A DNA stretch of 44,160 nt, from positions 1 through 44,160 of IMG/VR virus record IMGVR_UViG_3300021256_000026, one strand, 5' to 3'. Under the pieces are notes generated by a model, which was not told the origin of the DNA, did not search any database, and saw only the letters and a list, made by a program, of their open reading frames with translations. Position 1 is the first letter of the stretch; each line of letters opens with the position of its first letter. This document shows, piece by piece, positions 24,926 to 35,600 of this stretch. Source of the stretch: a virus. A program made the translations under genes and the position numbers.

Positions 24926-26050
24926 TTAATCAAATGGTAATGAGAACGTTCCATCGAAAGTTCCGTGGCCAGCCATTGACGTTGCCGTGTCCACCTCGTA
25001 GATATCTCTCTTGTCGGCGATGCGCCATGTGAGAGTTATTGACTCCGGCGCTGTCTTAGACTTGCGGAACTTAGCGTCGATGTCCGTAATGGTGACAGGC
25101 ACCATCATCCTATAGTCGGCGAACAAGTTCACCTCAGGCGAGCGGTGGACCTCGAGCACTGTTGCCTTTTCCTCTCTTGATATCCACCCGCTGTTAGTCT
25201 TATGCTCCAGCCAGAACTCCGCGTCGAGACGGGAGTATCTCCACTCGCACTGCCCAAAGTCAGCATCCATCTCATGCTCCTCCTCGTCGATGCCTCTGAA
25301 GACGTAAATCTCAGGCAGTCCGAAAGAATTGATGAAAGCAAAAGGCGTCTCGGTGTAGTAGTGGTTATGGTCCACCGTGACATGAATCTGGTCAGTCTGC
25401 TCCCCTGCTGTTCGCAGAATGATATCATACGAATGAACTTTACAATTCTTCCACACCCTCGGAGATATCCTCGACGAGAAGAGCGCATTCATTGATGCGT
25501 CAAGCAACTGGTACCCAGAGCCAGTAGAATAGGAAGCGATATCAATAGTGGCCTCCTGCCTTGAGCCGTCGTATGTATATACCACCCTTGCGCTCACCCG
25601 TCTCGTCACGTTTCCCATCTTTGGCACCCACACCCAGAACTTCTGATTAGGAGTCACACGAGCATGGTCTATCTGCATGGGGAACTCGTCCATGTCGCCT
25701 ACCCCCTCGCGGTAGTAGCCGGAATAATAGTACACCCTGCCGTTGAAACTCTGCGAAGTCTCAGGGAAAGAGAAAGTGATGTCGGCATACGGTTTGCGCA
25801 GCGTTTCGGCTGTTGATATGCCACCCTTCATCTCTTGGCTGAGAAGAATAGCCTGGTTGACAAGTTTGGACAACTCACCAAACCTCACCACCCCATCGAC
25901 GGGAGTATATGTGGCGGTGTTGTCATACCTTGTCACCCCATCGGCATCGTCGATACGAATGCGCACCGCCACGTCATCCGTTGCGGCCACATACACATCG
26001 TCGAGTTCTGATGCCCATAGTGGAGGAGTAAAGTTCTTCAGTTGCGGCAT
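24926..26050 (-). CDS. Hypothetical virion protein (374 aa)
   Basis: ORF 3 nt downstream of the putative portal. Possibly a minor head protein by position. Confidence 0.6.
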   Translation of the reverse strand: MPQLKNFTPPLWASELDDVYVAATDDVAVRIRIDDADGVTRYDNTATYTPVDGVVRFGELSKLVNQAILLSQEMKGGISTAETLRKPYADITFSFPETSQSFNGRVYYYSGYYREGVGDMDEFPMQIDHARVTPNQKFWVWVPKMGNVTRRVSARVVYTYDGSRQEATIDIASYSTGSGYQLLDASMNALFSSRISPRVWKNCKVHSYDIILRTAGEQTDQIHVTVDHNHYYTETPFAFINSFGLPEIYVFRGIDEEEHEMDADFGQCEWRYSRLDAEFWLEHKTNSGWISREEKATVLEVHRSPEVNLFADYRMMVPVTITDIDAKFRKSKTAPESITLTWRIADKRDIYEVDTATSMAGHGTFDGTFSLPFD

Positions 26051-26053
26051 ATC

Positions 26054-27451
26054 TTACGAGAGTTTACGTGTTGTTCCTGCCCCGCTGTCGAGCGTGGTGA
26101 GGATAGTGTTGCGGAAACGGAGTTCCACATCCTTGTTGAACTTCATCTTCAGGAAGAGTCGAAGAGGGTCGAGAATGTTCTGGCGGTCGAGCCATGCGTT
26201 GGCAATATTCACGAGGAACGCCTCACGGATATTGCTTCCACCCTGATTGCCAGCATACACGCCACCCGGCATCTGCGAGCCCATCACGTTAGGGTTCACC
26301 ATGAGAGCGAAGAGAATCTCCGAGTTCGCTGCTGAAGAAGTAACCAGGTTCTCCTGTCCTGCGTTGTACTTGTTTGACAGCGGTGTAATCTTCCACTCCT
26401 CTTCAACCCGTCCGTTATACTCGTTGACGGCATAGTTGGTGAAGATAGGCTTCTCGGCGTTCTCCGGTCCGAGAAGGTTTCGCTCTATGCTGTTCATGTA
26501 CTCGTTAATCTTCCCCTCACGCTTCTTCGCGTCATTCTCGAAGTCCGCGAGCGGAAACTTCTTATCCCAGAAGGAATAAGGAATCTGCACATGCCACTTC
26601 CATGTGGTCTGATTCTTATATGCAGTCCGGAGGAACTGCGGTATCTTGTGCGCAATGTCAATCCACCCCAGAACGTATGCAGCCCACCATATAGGCTCGC
26701 TGTATATCTCATCGTTAGACCAGGCATCCCTCACGGCATAGGCGAATCCACGCGGCATCTTACCTCGGAACTGCAGCACCTCTGCGTGAAGTTCCGGGTC
26801 GAAGTCCATCAGGAGCGGCAGCGTCCAGTAGTCAGGTCTGTCCTTCTTGTCAGGCGACTCATGTCTGCTCGTGCCCACCGCTGCGTTCTGCCATGAGTTA
26901 GCCACAATGCACTCCTGGTTGCCGTCCACGTCAGGCACCGTGAAGCGGTAGTGCAAACAGTTGAGCGCGTTGATACCTATGATATCCCCCTTCGCGTTCG
27001 GGACAAACTGAGCCACACCCACTCCCACCTTCAGGTAGTCGCGCAGCACCTTCTCCATGTAGCGTCGCACCATGCGCGACGAGATACATTCCTTGATGGC
27101 ATCATCCTTGATGGGCGTCAGTATCTCGTTTCCGTCGTCGTCGTAACCCGTCACCTCGCACGGGAAAATTCCCTGCCCCATTGTCAGGCGCATGAGGAAC
27201 TTCAGACCCGTGTTGAGCACTGTTGTCGTGCGCACGGTGTCGATGGCCATTGCAGGAAACATATTGTCTTTACCCCACGACACTACACGCTTATTATCAA
27301 GATAGATGAAATCCCTCGTGTCGTCGTCATAGGGGAAAAGAGCCCTTGAACGCTCCTTTATAGCCTCGCGGTCGCTAACAGTTGACGCGAAGAAAGATGT
27401 TGACTGCATCAGAAGAGGCGTGCCCTCCTTGTTGTACTCTATTTCTACCAT
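26054..27451 (-). CDS. Putative portal protein (assigned by size and elimination)
   Basis: 465 aa. It is the only unassigned ORF of portal size in the genome. No motif recognised by eye. Confidence 0.4.
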   Translation of the reverse strand: MVEIEYNKEGTPLLMQSTSFFASTVSDREAIKERSRALFPYDDDTRDFIYLDNKRVVSWGKDNMFPAMAIDTVRTTTVLNTGLKFLMRLTMGQGIFPCEVTGYDDDGNEILTPIKDDAIKECISSRMVRRYMEKVLRDYLKVGVGVAQFVPNAKGDIIGINALNCLHYRFTVPDVDGNQECIVANSWQNAAVGTSRHESPDKKDRPDYWTLPLLMDFDPELHAEVLQFRGKMPRGFAYAVRDAWSNDEIYSEPIWWAAYVLGWIDIAHKIPQFLRTAYKNQTTWKWHVQIPYSFWDKKFPLADFENDAKKREGKINEYMNSIERNLLGPENAEKPIFTNYAVNEYNGRVEEEWKITPLSNKYNAGQENLVTSSAANSEILFALMVNPNVMGSQMPGGVYAGNQGGSNIREAFLVNIANAWLDRQNILDPLRLFLKMKFNKDVELRFRNTILTTLDSGAGTTRKLS

Positions 27452-27453
27452 GG

Positions 27454-27807
27454 TTATGTTGTGGGTGATGTTTGACGGTTGTATCCATTGCTCCAGTCAA
27501 TGGGATGACCGTTGAGTTCGATGATATTCGTAATCTTCACCGGGAACACGTGTTCCTCGGGGTTGCCCTTGCAGTCGCATGGTTGAATCCCACGGAACCG
27601 CATCTTCTTCATGTTCACCCCCTTCACTCCTGTGACATACACCTGAGGGAAGAAGTGCAGTTTCCCCTCGAGAGTGCAGAACTTGATAGACATGATGCGT
27701 TTCTTGCCGTCTGGCAGTGTGCGAGCGTCCAGTTCGTCGATCATCTGCCTGGCCGTCATCGGTGATTTATTCGTTTCCTCCATTATTTCAAGATATTCAA
27801 GTGTCAT
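27454..27807 (-). CDS. Hypothetical protein (117 aa)
   Basis: The start was moved to ATG 27807 (MTLEYLEIMEE), 1 nt after the upstream TAA. Confidence 0.55.
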   Translation of the reverse strand: MTLEYLEIMEETNKSPMTARQMIDELDARTLPDGKKRIMSIKFCTLEGKLHFFPQVYVTGVKGVNMKKMRFRGIQPCDCKGNPEEHVFPVKITNIIELNGHPIDWSNGYNRQTSPTT

Positions 27808-27808
27808 A

Positions 27809-28351
27809 TTACCAGTTATATAGATAGCCGACGGAGACTGTCGGCGACTGTTGCGGGAAGTCATATCCTGCCGCGACGAACCAGTGCCGGTATCGGTATG
27901 CCGCCATGAGAGCCGCGTGGTTGCTTCCCAGAGAAGAAAGCAGACCGAGAGAATGGTGCCTCGCGAATCTGTCTGAATTGAGAGTGAGCATTACCTCACG
28001 GCCTGCTATGCTGTTTCTCCACAAGGTGTCGCGTATGACGAGCATTGCAGTATCGTTGTGGAACACCGTGTCACGGTAGATATGTTCCGCGAGATATTGA
28101 CGAATAATCTCCTGCGTATCCACAGGCTCCGGCGGTATCCGCTTAGTCTGATATATCGTCTCTGCAGGGGAAGGAACTTTCCGTGTTCGCCACTGTATTT
28201 TGGCAGACGGTTGAGGAGCCTTGTCAGCAGGCTGCTGGTCAGAGCAGCGAGACACGAGCACATTGACACCCATGCCGGCGAGGAACACAATCCACGCCAC
28301 CACTATCCAGGCACCTATCTCCTCAATGTTAGGCTTCTTCATGTTTCTCAT
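27809..28351 (-). CDS. Signal-anchor membrane protein (180 aa); lysis-accessory candidate
   Basis: N-terminal TM IGAWIVVAWIVFLAGMGVNVLV. Overlaps the end of the holin-like gene. Confidence 0.5.
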   Translation of the reverse strand: MRNMKKPNIEEIGAWIVVAWIVFLAGMGVNVLVSRCSDQQPADKAPQPSAKIQWRTRKVPSPAETIYQTKRIPPEPVDTQEIIRQYLAEHIYRDTVFHNDTAMLVIRDTLWRNSIAGREVMLTLNSDRFARHHSLGLLSSLGSNHAALMAAYRYRHWFVAAGYDFPQQSPTVSVGYLYNW

Positions 28352-28583
28352 CTCTTATTAATTCTCGCAACTGCGCTTCCGCTTGACCAAGTTTCGTTTT
28401 GAAATAGATGCTCACACCGAATATTCCACCGGCATAGGTCAGAGCCTGAGCGATGTACCATAGCACTCCATCAGCGATGTCGTACCCATTGAGGAAGAAA
28501 GACAGGAATGCCAGTACGATACCGGATAGTATCATTGCCACTGCCGTGCCGTACTGCACCCATTCTTTGATGTTGTTCGTCAT
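28329..28583 (-). CDS. Holin-like small membrane protein (84 aa)
   Basis: Two hydrophobic helices followed by a charged C-terminus (LRELIRDEKHEEA). It has its own -7 box. Confidence 0.5.
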   Translation of the reverse strand: MTNNIKEWVQYGTAVAMILSGIVLAFLSFFLNGYDIADGVLWYIAQALTYAGGIFGVSIYFKTKLGQAEAQLRELIRDEKHEEA

Positions 28584-28601
28584 ATTGTCTATGTTTCAAT
28601 G

Positions 28602-28609
28602 CAAAGATA
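28602..28609 (-). promoter_or_regulatory. -7 promoter box (TATCTTTG)
   Basis: Plus-strand caaagata, 18 nt upstream of ATG 28583. Confidence 0.55.
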
Positions 28610-28644
28610 GTTAAATCAGAGATATAACGTTAGGACACCTCCTG

Positions 28645-29487
28645 TCAGTGTCTCCTCACGTTTCGCTGGGCCATTTCCGCTGCCCTCATCCTTGCCTCCC
28701 TGATGCGTCTGTTCATGATGCGGAAGGCGTCTGTTGCGGGTATTGCCTTGTACTTCTCCATGTCTGCCAGGTTATCCCCTACAAGAGCATCGAAAATGCT
28801 CACCCAGTCAACAGGCTTCGGTTTCCTCTGCCTTTTGTTGCGTCTGATGCCAGGTTCTTCCTCCTCTGGTTCTGGAAAGACCAAGGGGAAAGCGCGTGAC
28901 AGCCATGACCTGATAAGAATGAAGTTGAGAAATACCGCCTGCTTCGTTATCTCCGGCAGTCGCTCGACCTGCTCGATGTGCTCGTCGAGAACAACAAGTC
29001 TCTTGCTGTTCTGCAACTGAGGCTCCACAGGTTCCTCGACGGAGAACACCTCATTGTCCCTCTTATACAGTGACGCTATGAAGGCGTGAAGATTGTTCCT
29101 CTCCTGATTGACGCAATAGAGGGAGAAGAAAGTGTCTGCAGTCATAAACTGCTGCAGAGAGCATCCCTTCAGTCTGTCGCCTGGAGACTCGAGAGACGTT
29201 CCCGGGAGAGTTTCGATGAAGAAGGCGTTGTGGGGTTCGCGGAGGTTCTGTATCCAGTCCAGTTCGTGCATGAGCACCCACATCTGATAGTCGCTGAGAA
29301 GGCTAATTACCATTTTCCTGATGCCAAGAAAATGGTGTAGGAACTCGGACAGGCCTACCTCACCCAGCCACAGTTTCACGGCATAGACAAACTGTTTTGC
29401 ATCCAGTTCACGCCAGTTCTCGGGGAGAGTCGTCTTTATCGTCCTCGTCCTGAAGAACCTACGATATTCGAGAGTGATATTCTTCAT
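28645..29487 (-). CDS. Hypothetical tail-module protein (~280 aa)
   Basis: The start was moved to ATG 29487 (MKNITLEY), 1 nt after the upstream TAA. Confidence 0.6.
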   Translation of the reverse strand: MKNITLEYRRFFRTRTIKTTLPENWRELDAKQFVYAVKLWLGEVGLSEFLHHFLGIRKMVISLLSDYQMWVLMHELDWIQNLREPHNAFFIETLPGTSLESPGDRLKGCSLQQFMTADTFFSLYCVNQERNNLHAFIASLYKRDNEVFSVEEPVEPQLQNSKRLVVLDEHIEQVERLPEITKQAVFLNFILIRSWLSRAFPLVFPEPEEEEPGIRRNKRQRKPKPVDWVSIFDALVGDNLADMEKYKAIPATDAFRIMNRRIREARMRAAEMAQRNVRRH

Positions 29488-29488
29488 A

Positions 29489-30007
29489 TTAGTCAAAAGG
29501 TTTAGTGAAAGTCTGGTCAAACGTTCCTTCTATGCGGAAGCGCTCCTCGATGTCAGTGACACACCGGTTCTCGGGCAAGAGGAAAGACGCGCGGACACCG
29601 TAGAGAGCATTCTGCTCGTTCATGATTTCCTCCACCTTCATGCCGTCGAAGGAGATGCCGAACAAGAACTTGTGCTTGCGTGAGCGCCGGTCGGTCATCA
29701 TCATCATGACAAAATCATTCAGGATGCTGTCGCACTTCTCTATGGCCTTTTCTATCTGGTCGTAGTCGGCAGTGTCTGTGACATGCTGCCATATGTCGAG
29801 AGTCATATTAGCGTAGCGGCGAAGTCCGTTGCCGGTAGTCCTGTATGTGTAACCCTCGCGGTCGAGGAACACACCAGGATAACGCATCTGCTGAGCAAGA
29901 GCAGTGTTGCGTCTGTCGGTGCTCAGGTCGATGAAATGAATCTCGTCGTCTCGGTGATGGATGTCATGGTGACGGCGACAAAGGTCGATGATATATTCTT
30001 TAAACAT
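29489..30007 (-). CDS. Hypothetical tail-module protein (172 aa)
   Basis: ORF on the operon strand. Confidence 0.6.
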   Translation of the reverse strand: MFKEYIIDLCRRHHDIHHRDDEIHFIDLSTDRRNTALAQQMRYPGVFLDREGYTYRTTGNGLRRYANMTLDIWQHVTDTADYDQIEKAIEKCDSILNDFVMMMMTDRRSRKHKFLFGISFDGMKVEEIMNEQNALYGVRASFLLPENRCVTDIEERFRIEGTFDQTFTKPFD

Positions 30008-30025
30008 AGTGCTATTTTTTTAAAG

Positions 30026-32614
30026 TTACTCTTCATCAGGAACCACCTCGGACTGCTGTGGTGGCGCTGCCCATCCCGCTGCCTCGTGTGCATTGTCAGG
30101 CAAGTATCTGTTGGTGTCGTTGTCATCAGTCTTCATGATGGCCATTGAAAAATCCCCCTCAGGCAACTCACTTATTTCCGTTGTACCTCGACTGGTACCC
30201 GCCTCAATGGTCACGTCGCATGTTCGGTACTGCGAACCATCAGAATAGCCAACTTCCACCTCTATCGGATATTCCAGGACCTCTGATGTTCTCACGTCGA
30301 TAGTACCTCCTACGTGTTCGGTGCTTGCGAGGAATGCGACAGAGACATATACCTCCTTAGTCTGCACAGGCACGACTTCGGCGGTGTATGACGTACGCCC
30401 ATCATCCACCGCAGGCGTGATGTCGCCATCGAATGCGAAGTTGTTGTAAGCCATGAGACTGCTGTAGAAGTATGCCGTGCGCGTTCCCTTCTGCATGGTG
30501 AATACCTTACGCATGACAGTCTGTGCGCTTCGAGCGATGAAGGCAAACGACACGTTGCATGGCAGCGACTCTGAAGAGAGAAAGACAATGCGTCCCTCCT
30601 TCTGGTACACCTTAGCCGTTATGGTTATGGTGCGTTGCGGCAGCACCTCTTCGGCGTTGTCAAGCACCTGGTAGAACGTTCCCTCGATGACCTCAGAGAC
30701 GGCGTTTGCCGTTGCACGATGCTTCAGTTCCGCGCAGAAGAAGCGCTGATTTCCGATGATGAAAATCTTCCGCGAGTCGCGCAAGTCAAGCGAGCGGAAC
30801 TTGATGGTAACCGGCTGTGTGAAGTTAATATTGAGGGTGTTCTTGTAGTAGCGGTTATACATTCCCGTCTCTCCGAGAATCTGCATATTGCAGAGAGGTT
30901 CGCCGTAGTCGTGGCGGGCTGTGCGAAGGAAGCAAGGGAAAGCCCAGTAACCGCCGGTCCATTTCCCGCGATAATCTTCGGAACCGTAGAGCGCATACGT
31001 TGTTGCCTCGACTATATTTGACGGCACCACGACAGGGAGATAGATGAAACTTGTCGCGTTGTATTGCCAGTTGCAATTTTTCTTGCCGAGATAAAATCCC
31101 ACAAACAAGCGTTCCTCCATATTGTCCAGTTCAGCGCCCTCGTTGATAAACTCGTTCAGGCCCTTCTCGTTGCTGTCTGTCGATTCCGTGTCCGGAATGT
31201 CTGACTGTCTAGCAAACGGTACTGGCAAGAACACCTTCCTGTCATTGCGGTATGCATCTTGCCACCAAACTATTTCCGTGGGTATTATTTTCAGTTTTAC
31301 CTCGTCGTCGGTTCGCTCGTCATAGTGGCCACTGTATTGATTAACAATACGTATGCACATTGCCGTCGGCTTCTCTCTGTCGTCGATTGCTCTCAGTACA
31401 ATGAGGTTATTGTCAGTATAACCCATATCCCTATACACTATTGAACGATTATATTTTGCCGCGACGGTATTCTTAGACCACCCCCATGTAGGCATCACCC
31501 CATCGTTCATGTGCAGCCAACAGTTCATGAAATGCTCCTTGAAGACAGGGTCTGTGTATTGGCTGCTATGGTCGGGACAATCCTCTATGAGCAATGTCTT
31601 CCACAGTTCTTTGTCGATGGCCCAGTAATTGTATGTCTCCGTCTTGGGGAAGTCGTATGAAACGTTGTGATGAAGCAGTCCCTCTGGCGAGTCCTCGTCG
31701 TACTTGCGTTGGATATCCCCGATGATGTCGCTACTGTCAATAACTTCCTCCCCGGCATTGTCGTAGAAGAAGTTCTGCTGAAGTATCTCAACCTTTTTCT
31801 CTGCCTGGTCAACCACGATGACGCAGCCGGTGAAATTCTCCACCATGGAAAGGAAGTCATCAATGAGCATGTTGGGCATCATCTCGGCGTAGTTCCGCGA
31901 GTGATAACCGTTTATCACCACCAACTTGCTCATTGCCGGGTCTTCGCGGATGAAGTTTGCCTTCATGGTGTAGCCCAGTGCCTGCACCACACGCTCTACG
32001 ATGGCGTAGAGATAAGGCAACGGGTTGAACGTGGTGCCAGTGACAAATGTCGCCTGTTTGTTGGCACCAATACACATCTCGTTGTAGATGACATTGTCCT
32101 CGTAGTTCACGTACATGAATGTGCCAGACAGGAGAAACTCGTTCTTGACGCAGACTGGGGAGCACACGAAGTCGTAGGTACCAGGAGTGAGCGACTGCAT
32201 GGCCACTTCAGGAGTGAGTTCTGGCGTGCTTCCGAGGTCGAGCGAGTGCAGCGTCTGGTCGCCTCCTGAAAGATAGTTGAGTTCGGAGTTGCCGGATACA
32301 ATCTGTATCTTCGCCTTTCGCTCGTCTATCTCCAGCACTATTTCGGTGCCCTTGATGACGATTCCCTTCTCGGAGAAGAGTACAGCAGCCCTTCCTGAAG
32401 GTCTTCGCGGACAGTCGATGCGGTGCATGTCGTGATAGACATAGGCGTTTTGCGGGTCCCCGAGGTCGATGTCTATGTCAAGAGTGTGCTGCCCCTCCTT
32501 GCTGAAGAGAGGATTGCGGTCGTAGAACTCGAACGACGAGCCTGCCGAGAGGTTGACGCTCATCGCGTCTATAAGTAGTGTTAGCATGATGATGATTTTA
32601 GCGACGTGATACAT
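30026..32614 (-). CDS. Large tail protein (distal tail / hub-like by position)
   Basis: About 860 aa immediately downstream of the tape measure gene. The start is ambiguous (32614, 32587 or 32563). Confidence 0.6.
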   Translation of the reverse strand: MYHVAKIIIMLTLLIDAMSVNLSAGSSFEFYDRNPLFSKEGQHTLDIDIDLGDPQNAYVYHDMHRIDCPRRPSGRAAVLFSEKGIVIKGTEIVLEIDERKAKIQIVSGNSELNYLSGGDQTLHSLDLGSTPELTPEVAMQSLTPGTYDFVCSPVCVKNEFLLSGTFMYVNYEDNVIYNEMCIGANKQATFVTGTTFNPLPYLYAIVERVVQALGYTMKANFIREDPAMSKLVVINGYHSRNYAEMMPNMLIDDFLSMVENFTGCVIVVDQAEKKVEILQQNFFYDNAGEEVIDSSDIIGDIQRKYDEDSPEGLLHHNVSYDFPKTETYNYWAIDKELWKTLLIEDCPDHSSQYTDPVFKEHFMNCWLHMNDGVMPTWGWSKNTVAAKYNRSIVYRDMGYTDNNLIVLRAIDDREKPTAMCIRIVNQYSGHYDERTDDEVKLKIIPTEIVWWQDAYRNDRKVFLPVPFARQSDIPDTESTDSNEKGLNEFINEGAELDNMEERLFVGFYLGKKNCNWQYNATSFIYLPVVVPSNIVEATTYALYGSEDYRGKWTGGYWAFPCFLRTARHDYGEPLCNMQILGETGMYNRYYKNTLNINFTQPVTIKFRSLDLRDSRKIFIIGNQRFFCAELKHRATANAVSEVIEGTFYQVLDNAEEVLPQRTITITAKVYQKEGRIVFLSSESLPCNVSFAFIARSAQTVMRKVFTMQKGTRTAYFYSSLMAYNNFAFDGDITPAVDDGRTSYTAEVVPVQTKEVYVSVAFLASTEHVGGTIDVRTSEVLEYPIEVEVGYSDGSQYRTCDVTIEAGTSRGTTEISELPEGDFSMAIMKTDDNDTNRYLPDNAHEAAGWAAPPQQSEVVPDEE

Positions 32615-35600
32615 TGGATTTCATTTTATCGGTGAGTGTCTGCGCTTCAGATATTCCGCGCTTGCCCGTGATATAAGTCTCTGCTATCAGCGGTTTCTCC
32701 AGTCGCTTTGACAGTTGCCGCATCAGATTGACCATCTCTGCAGGCATCTGCGGGACGACTGTTCGCTGGGTGTTGTTGTTTGAAGGTTGAGCGACTGTTG
32801 CATAGTGCTGCGATGGCAGTACCGCTGCCACGTCCTGCGGTGTAAGGTTCTGGACGTTGCCCACGCGCTGCGCATGGTCTATCAGGTTGAGAACTGGAAG
32901 TATGTTAGGGTTGCGAGTAGCGTAGCGGTTGGCTACGAACTCATTGGCGTGGACAATACCTTTTGGCTCGTCCCATGCGCCAGAACCAGTGAAACCTCCT
33001 TTGTCGAATGCCTGGACAATTCCCTTTGCTATCTCATAAGGTGCATGGGCAAGAGCCATTGACGCTGCTGCTCGTATTGGTCCTATGATGGGACCATACT
33101 TCGCTATGCTGTCAGCCATAATAATGGCATCGTCAACGATGAGTTGCTTCTCGAGATAATCAATCATCGAAAGAAGGATTGACTTCAATACGCTCTTCAG
33201 AGCCTCCTTGATGCCGTCCTCTTCGCCCTTCAGGGCAGACGTCAATCCGCGTCCTATTGCATTGGCCACTTCGAGCATACCCTTATAGGCTATGTCACGC
33301 ATGCTCTTCTCATGCTCCATGAAGGCCTCTTTTGCTTTGCGTTTACGATCTTTTTCCTCTTGGGCAGCCTGCTCGTCGAGTTCTCGCTTCTGCTCCATGA
33401 GTTCTATCTGATTTTCAAGAATCTGCTGTTTGATTTGCTCTCTTTGTTCCGGCTCGAGGTTGAGAACTTGTAGTCTCTCTTCGAGTTCCTGCATTTCGAG
33501 TTCACGAAGTTTTTCTGAGTATTCCTCGCGTGATTCCAATTCGCCATCGAGATACTGTTGCGCGGTCTTGTTTCGTTCCTCCTGATACTTTTCGTCAATC
33601 TTCTTCAAGTCATCTTGAACTTGCTTCTTAATCTCCCTCTGCTTCTCAGCCTCTATCTGCTCCGTTGTTTTCTCCTTTGGAGTTCGGTCACTGCGTCCGT
33701 TTTTGCCCGACTTGCCGCCAGACGCGCCACCTCCATGAACAGGTGGAATTGGCGGTGCTGGCGGTGGTACTGGTGCAGCAGATACAGCAAGTCCCTTTGA
33801 TGCTGTTGTTATTTCCTTGTTAAGGTCGTCGATGTCCTTCTGAGTCTCGCTTATTGCCTTGTTTGTTTCTGACAGTTGCTGCCGTGTCTTGGTAAGACGG
33901 TCTTGCGCCTGTTTTGTTGCAATGTCAGTCCCCCTAGATATGACTTGCATACCCTTAGTACCGAGTTTGTTTGCTGTGCTATTAGCGGACCACTGTGCTG
34001 CTGTCAGTGAGAAAGCGTCTTTACTTTCCTGCTCCTGTAATGTTCCGCGCTGCTTCTCAAGATTTCTTTTCTTTCTATAAGCAGCCTCCAAGTCTTCTTG
34101 TGCCGCCTTCAGTTTGATAGACCTCTCTAGATTCTCGAGATACCTCTTCAGTGCTTCGGTATTGTTATTGATAAGTTTGCCTTCTGTCGTCAAATCGGCA
34201 TGATAGCCGGGTACGATTGACTTAAGTTCGTCGAGTTTTGCCTTGCGCAACTCATAGGAGTTGTTGGAATTGTTCACCATCTCGATGAGTGCCTGCACCT
34301 TCGACGACTCCTCTTCGTATTGCTCACTGGCACGTTTGTGAGCCCTTGAAACGGCATCCATCTTCTGGACTTCCTCGTCGTGCTTTGCCGCTGCATCTAC
34401 CAGCAATCCCATCAGTGTTGTTATAGCCGCGATGGCCACTCCCCAGGGATTAGCCTTTATCGCTGTTGCGAGGGCCTTGAAAGACACTATAAGTTTCTCG
34501 TTCCAGAACACCTGAAGTTTTGCAAGAGAAATGGCATAGAGTTGTCTTGCGTTTGATATTGCAAGAGTGGCTGCAAGAGCAATAAGAGTGACACGATGCT
34601 GAGAGACAAAGGTGATAAGTTGAGAAAGTATCTTCACCATTGCGCTGCCGGTGGTGATGCCATAGCGAGCGATAGGCATGAGTTTCTCTCCCAGTTCCAC
34701 GCTGATTTCATGGAACTGCTTCTTAGCCTTTTCGAGTTGTGCCTGGACTGTATTGTTCTGCACGTTGAACTCGTTGATGACCGATGTTCCCTCCTCGTAA
34801 GCCTGATTGGCGAGAGACTGCGCCTCTGCCAGTTGGTCGAGGTGTCCGGCAAGAGCCGAGAGGACACCGACGGCACGTGTGCCATCCATCTTCATCTCGT
34901 CGAACATCTGCGCCATCTCCTGGAAGCCACCGCGCTGCTTCATGGCATTGAGGAAGGTGACAAGCGCCTTGTTGGCATCGGTGCGCAAGAGTTCGGTGAA
35001 CTCGCCAACGTCCTGACCCGCCAACTTGGCGAAGCGGCCAGTGTCCTGCATCATCTTAGTGATGAGTTGCGAGATGACTGTTGCCGATGTTGGTATTTCC
35101 TGCATGTTCTGAGACATGACAGAACCGATACCCATGATTTCCGCCTGTGTGAGTCCTGCCTGCTGTGCCACACCTGCGAGACGTGCAGTGAACTGCACGA
35201 TGGCATCGGCACCTGCAGACGAGTTCTGCGCGAGTTCGTTGACTGCAGAACCTGTGGCGAGCATAGCACCACGGAGTCCACGCTTCTTATCCTCTCCGAA
35301 CATCTGGGCGAGTTTACCGATGTCTCGCACGGCTGTCTCTCCGAGGTCGTCGCCGAGAGCGACACGAATCTTATCGGCTCCATCGACAAACTCCATGATT
35401 GCATCCTTGGAGGTGATGCCCAGACGGCCAGCCTCTCCGGCAAGCGCGTTGAGTTCTTCGCGTGATGTTCGTGTGTCGAGCGCCTTCAGTTCCTCGTTGA
35501 GTTCTTTCACCTGTTCGGCTGTCATTCCGGTGTACTTGCGCACCTGTGCCTCTGCCTCCTCCATGTCGGCGAAGTCCTGGACTGACTTGCGAATTGTCAT

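Noticed and set aside
34596-35465. Long antisense ORFs inside large genes, for example 34596-35465 (+, 289 aa) in the tape measure gene, 12734-13381 (+), 5041-5610 (+) and 11528-12115 (-)
   Set aside because: These are shadow ORFs opposite or overlapping well-supported long genes. Their composition is biased (Ser/Arg/Leu-rich or Cys-rich), and they have no promoter boxes or coupling to neighbours.
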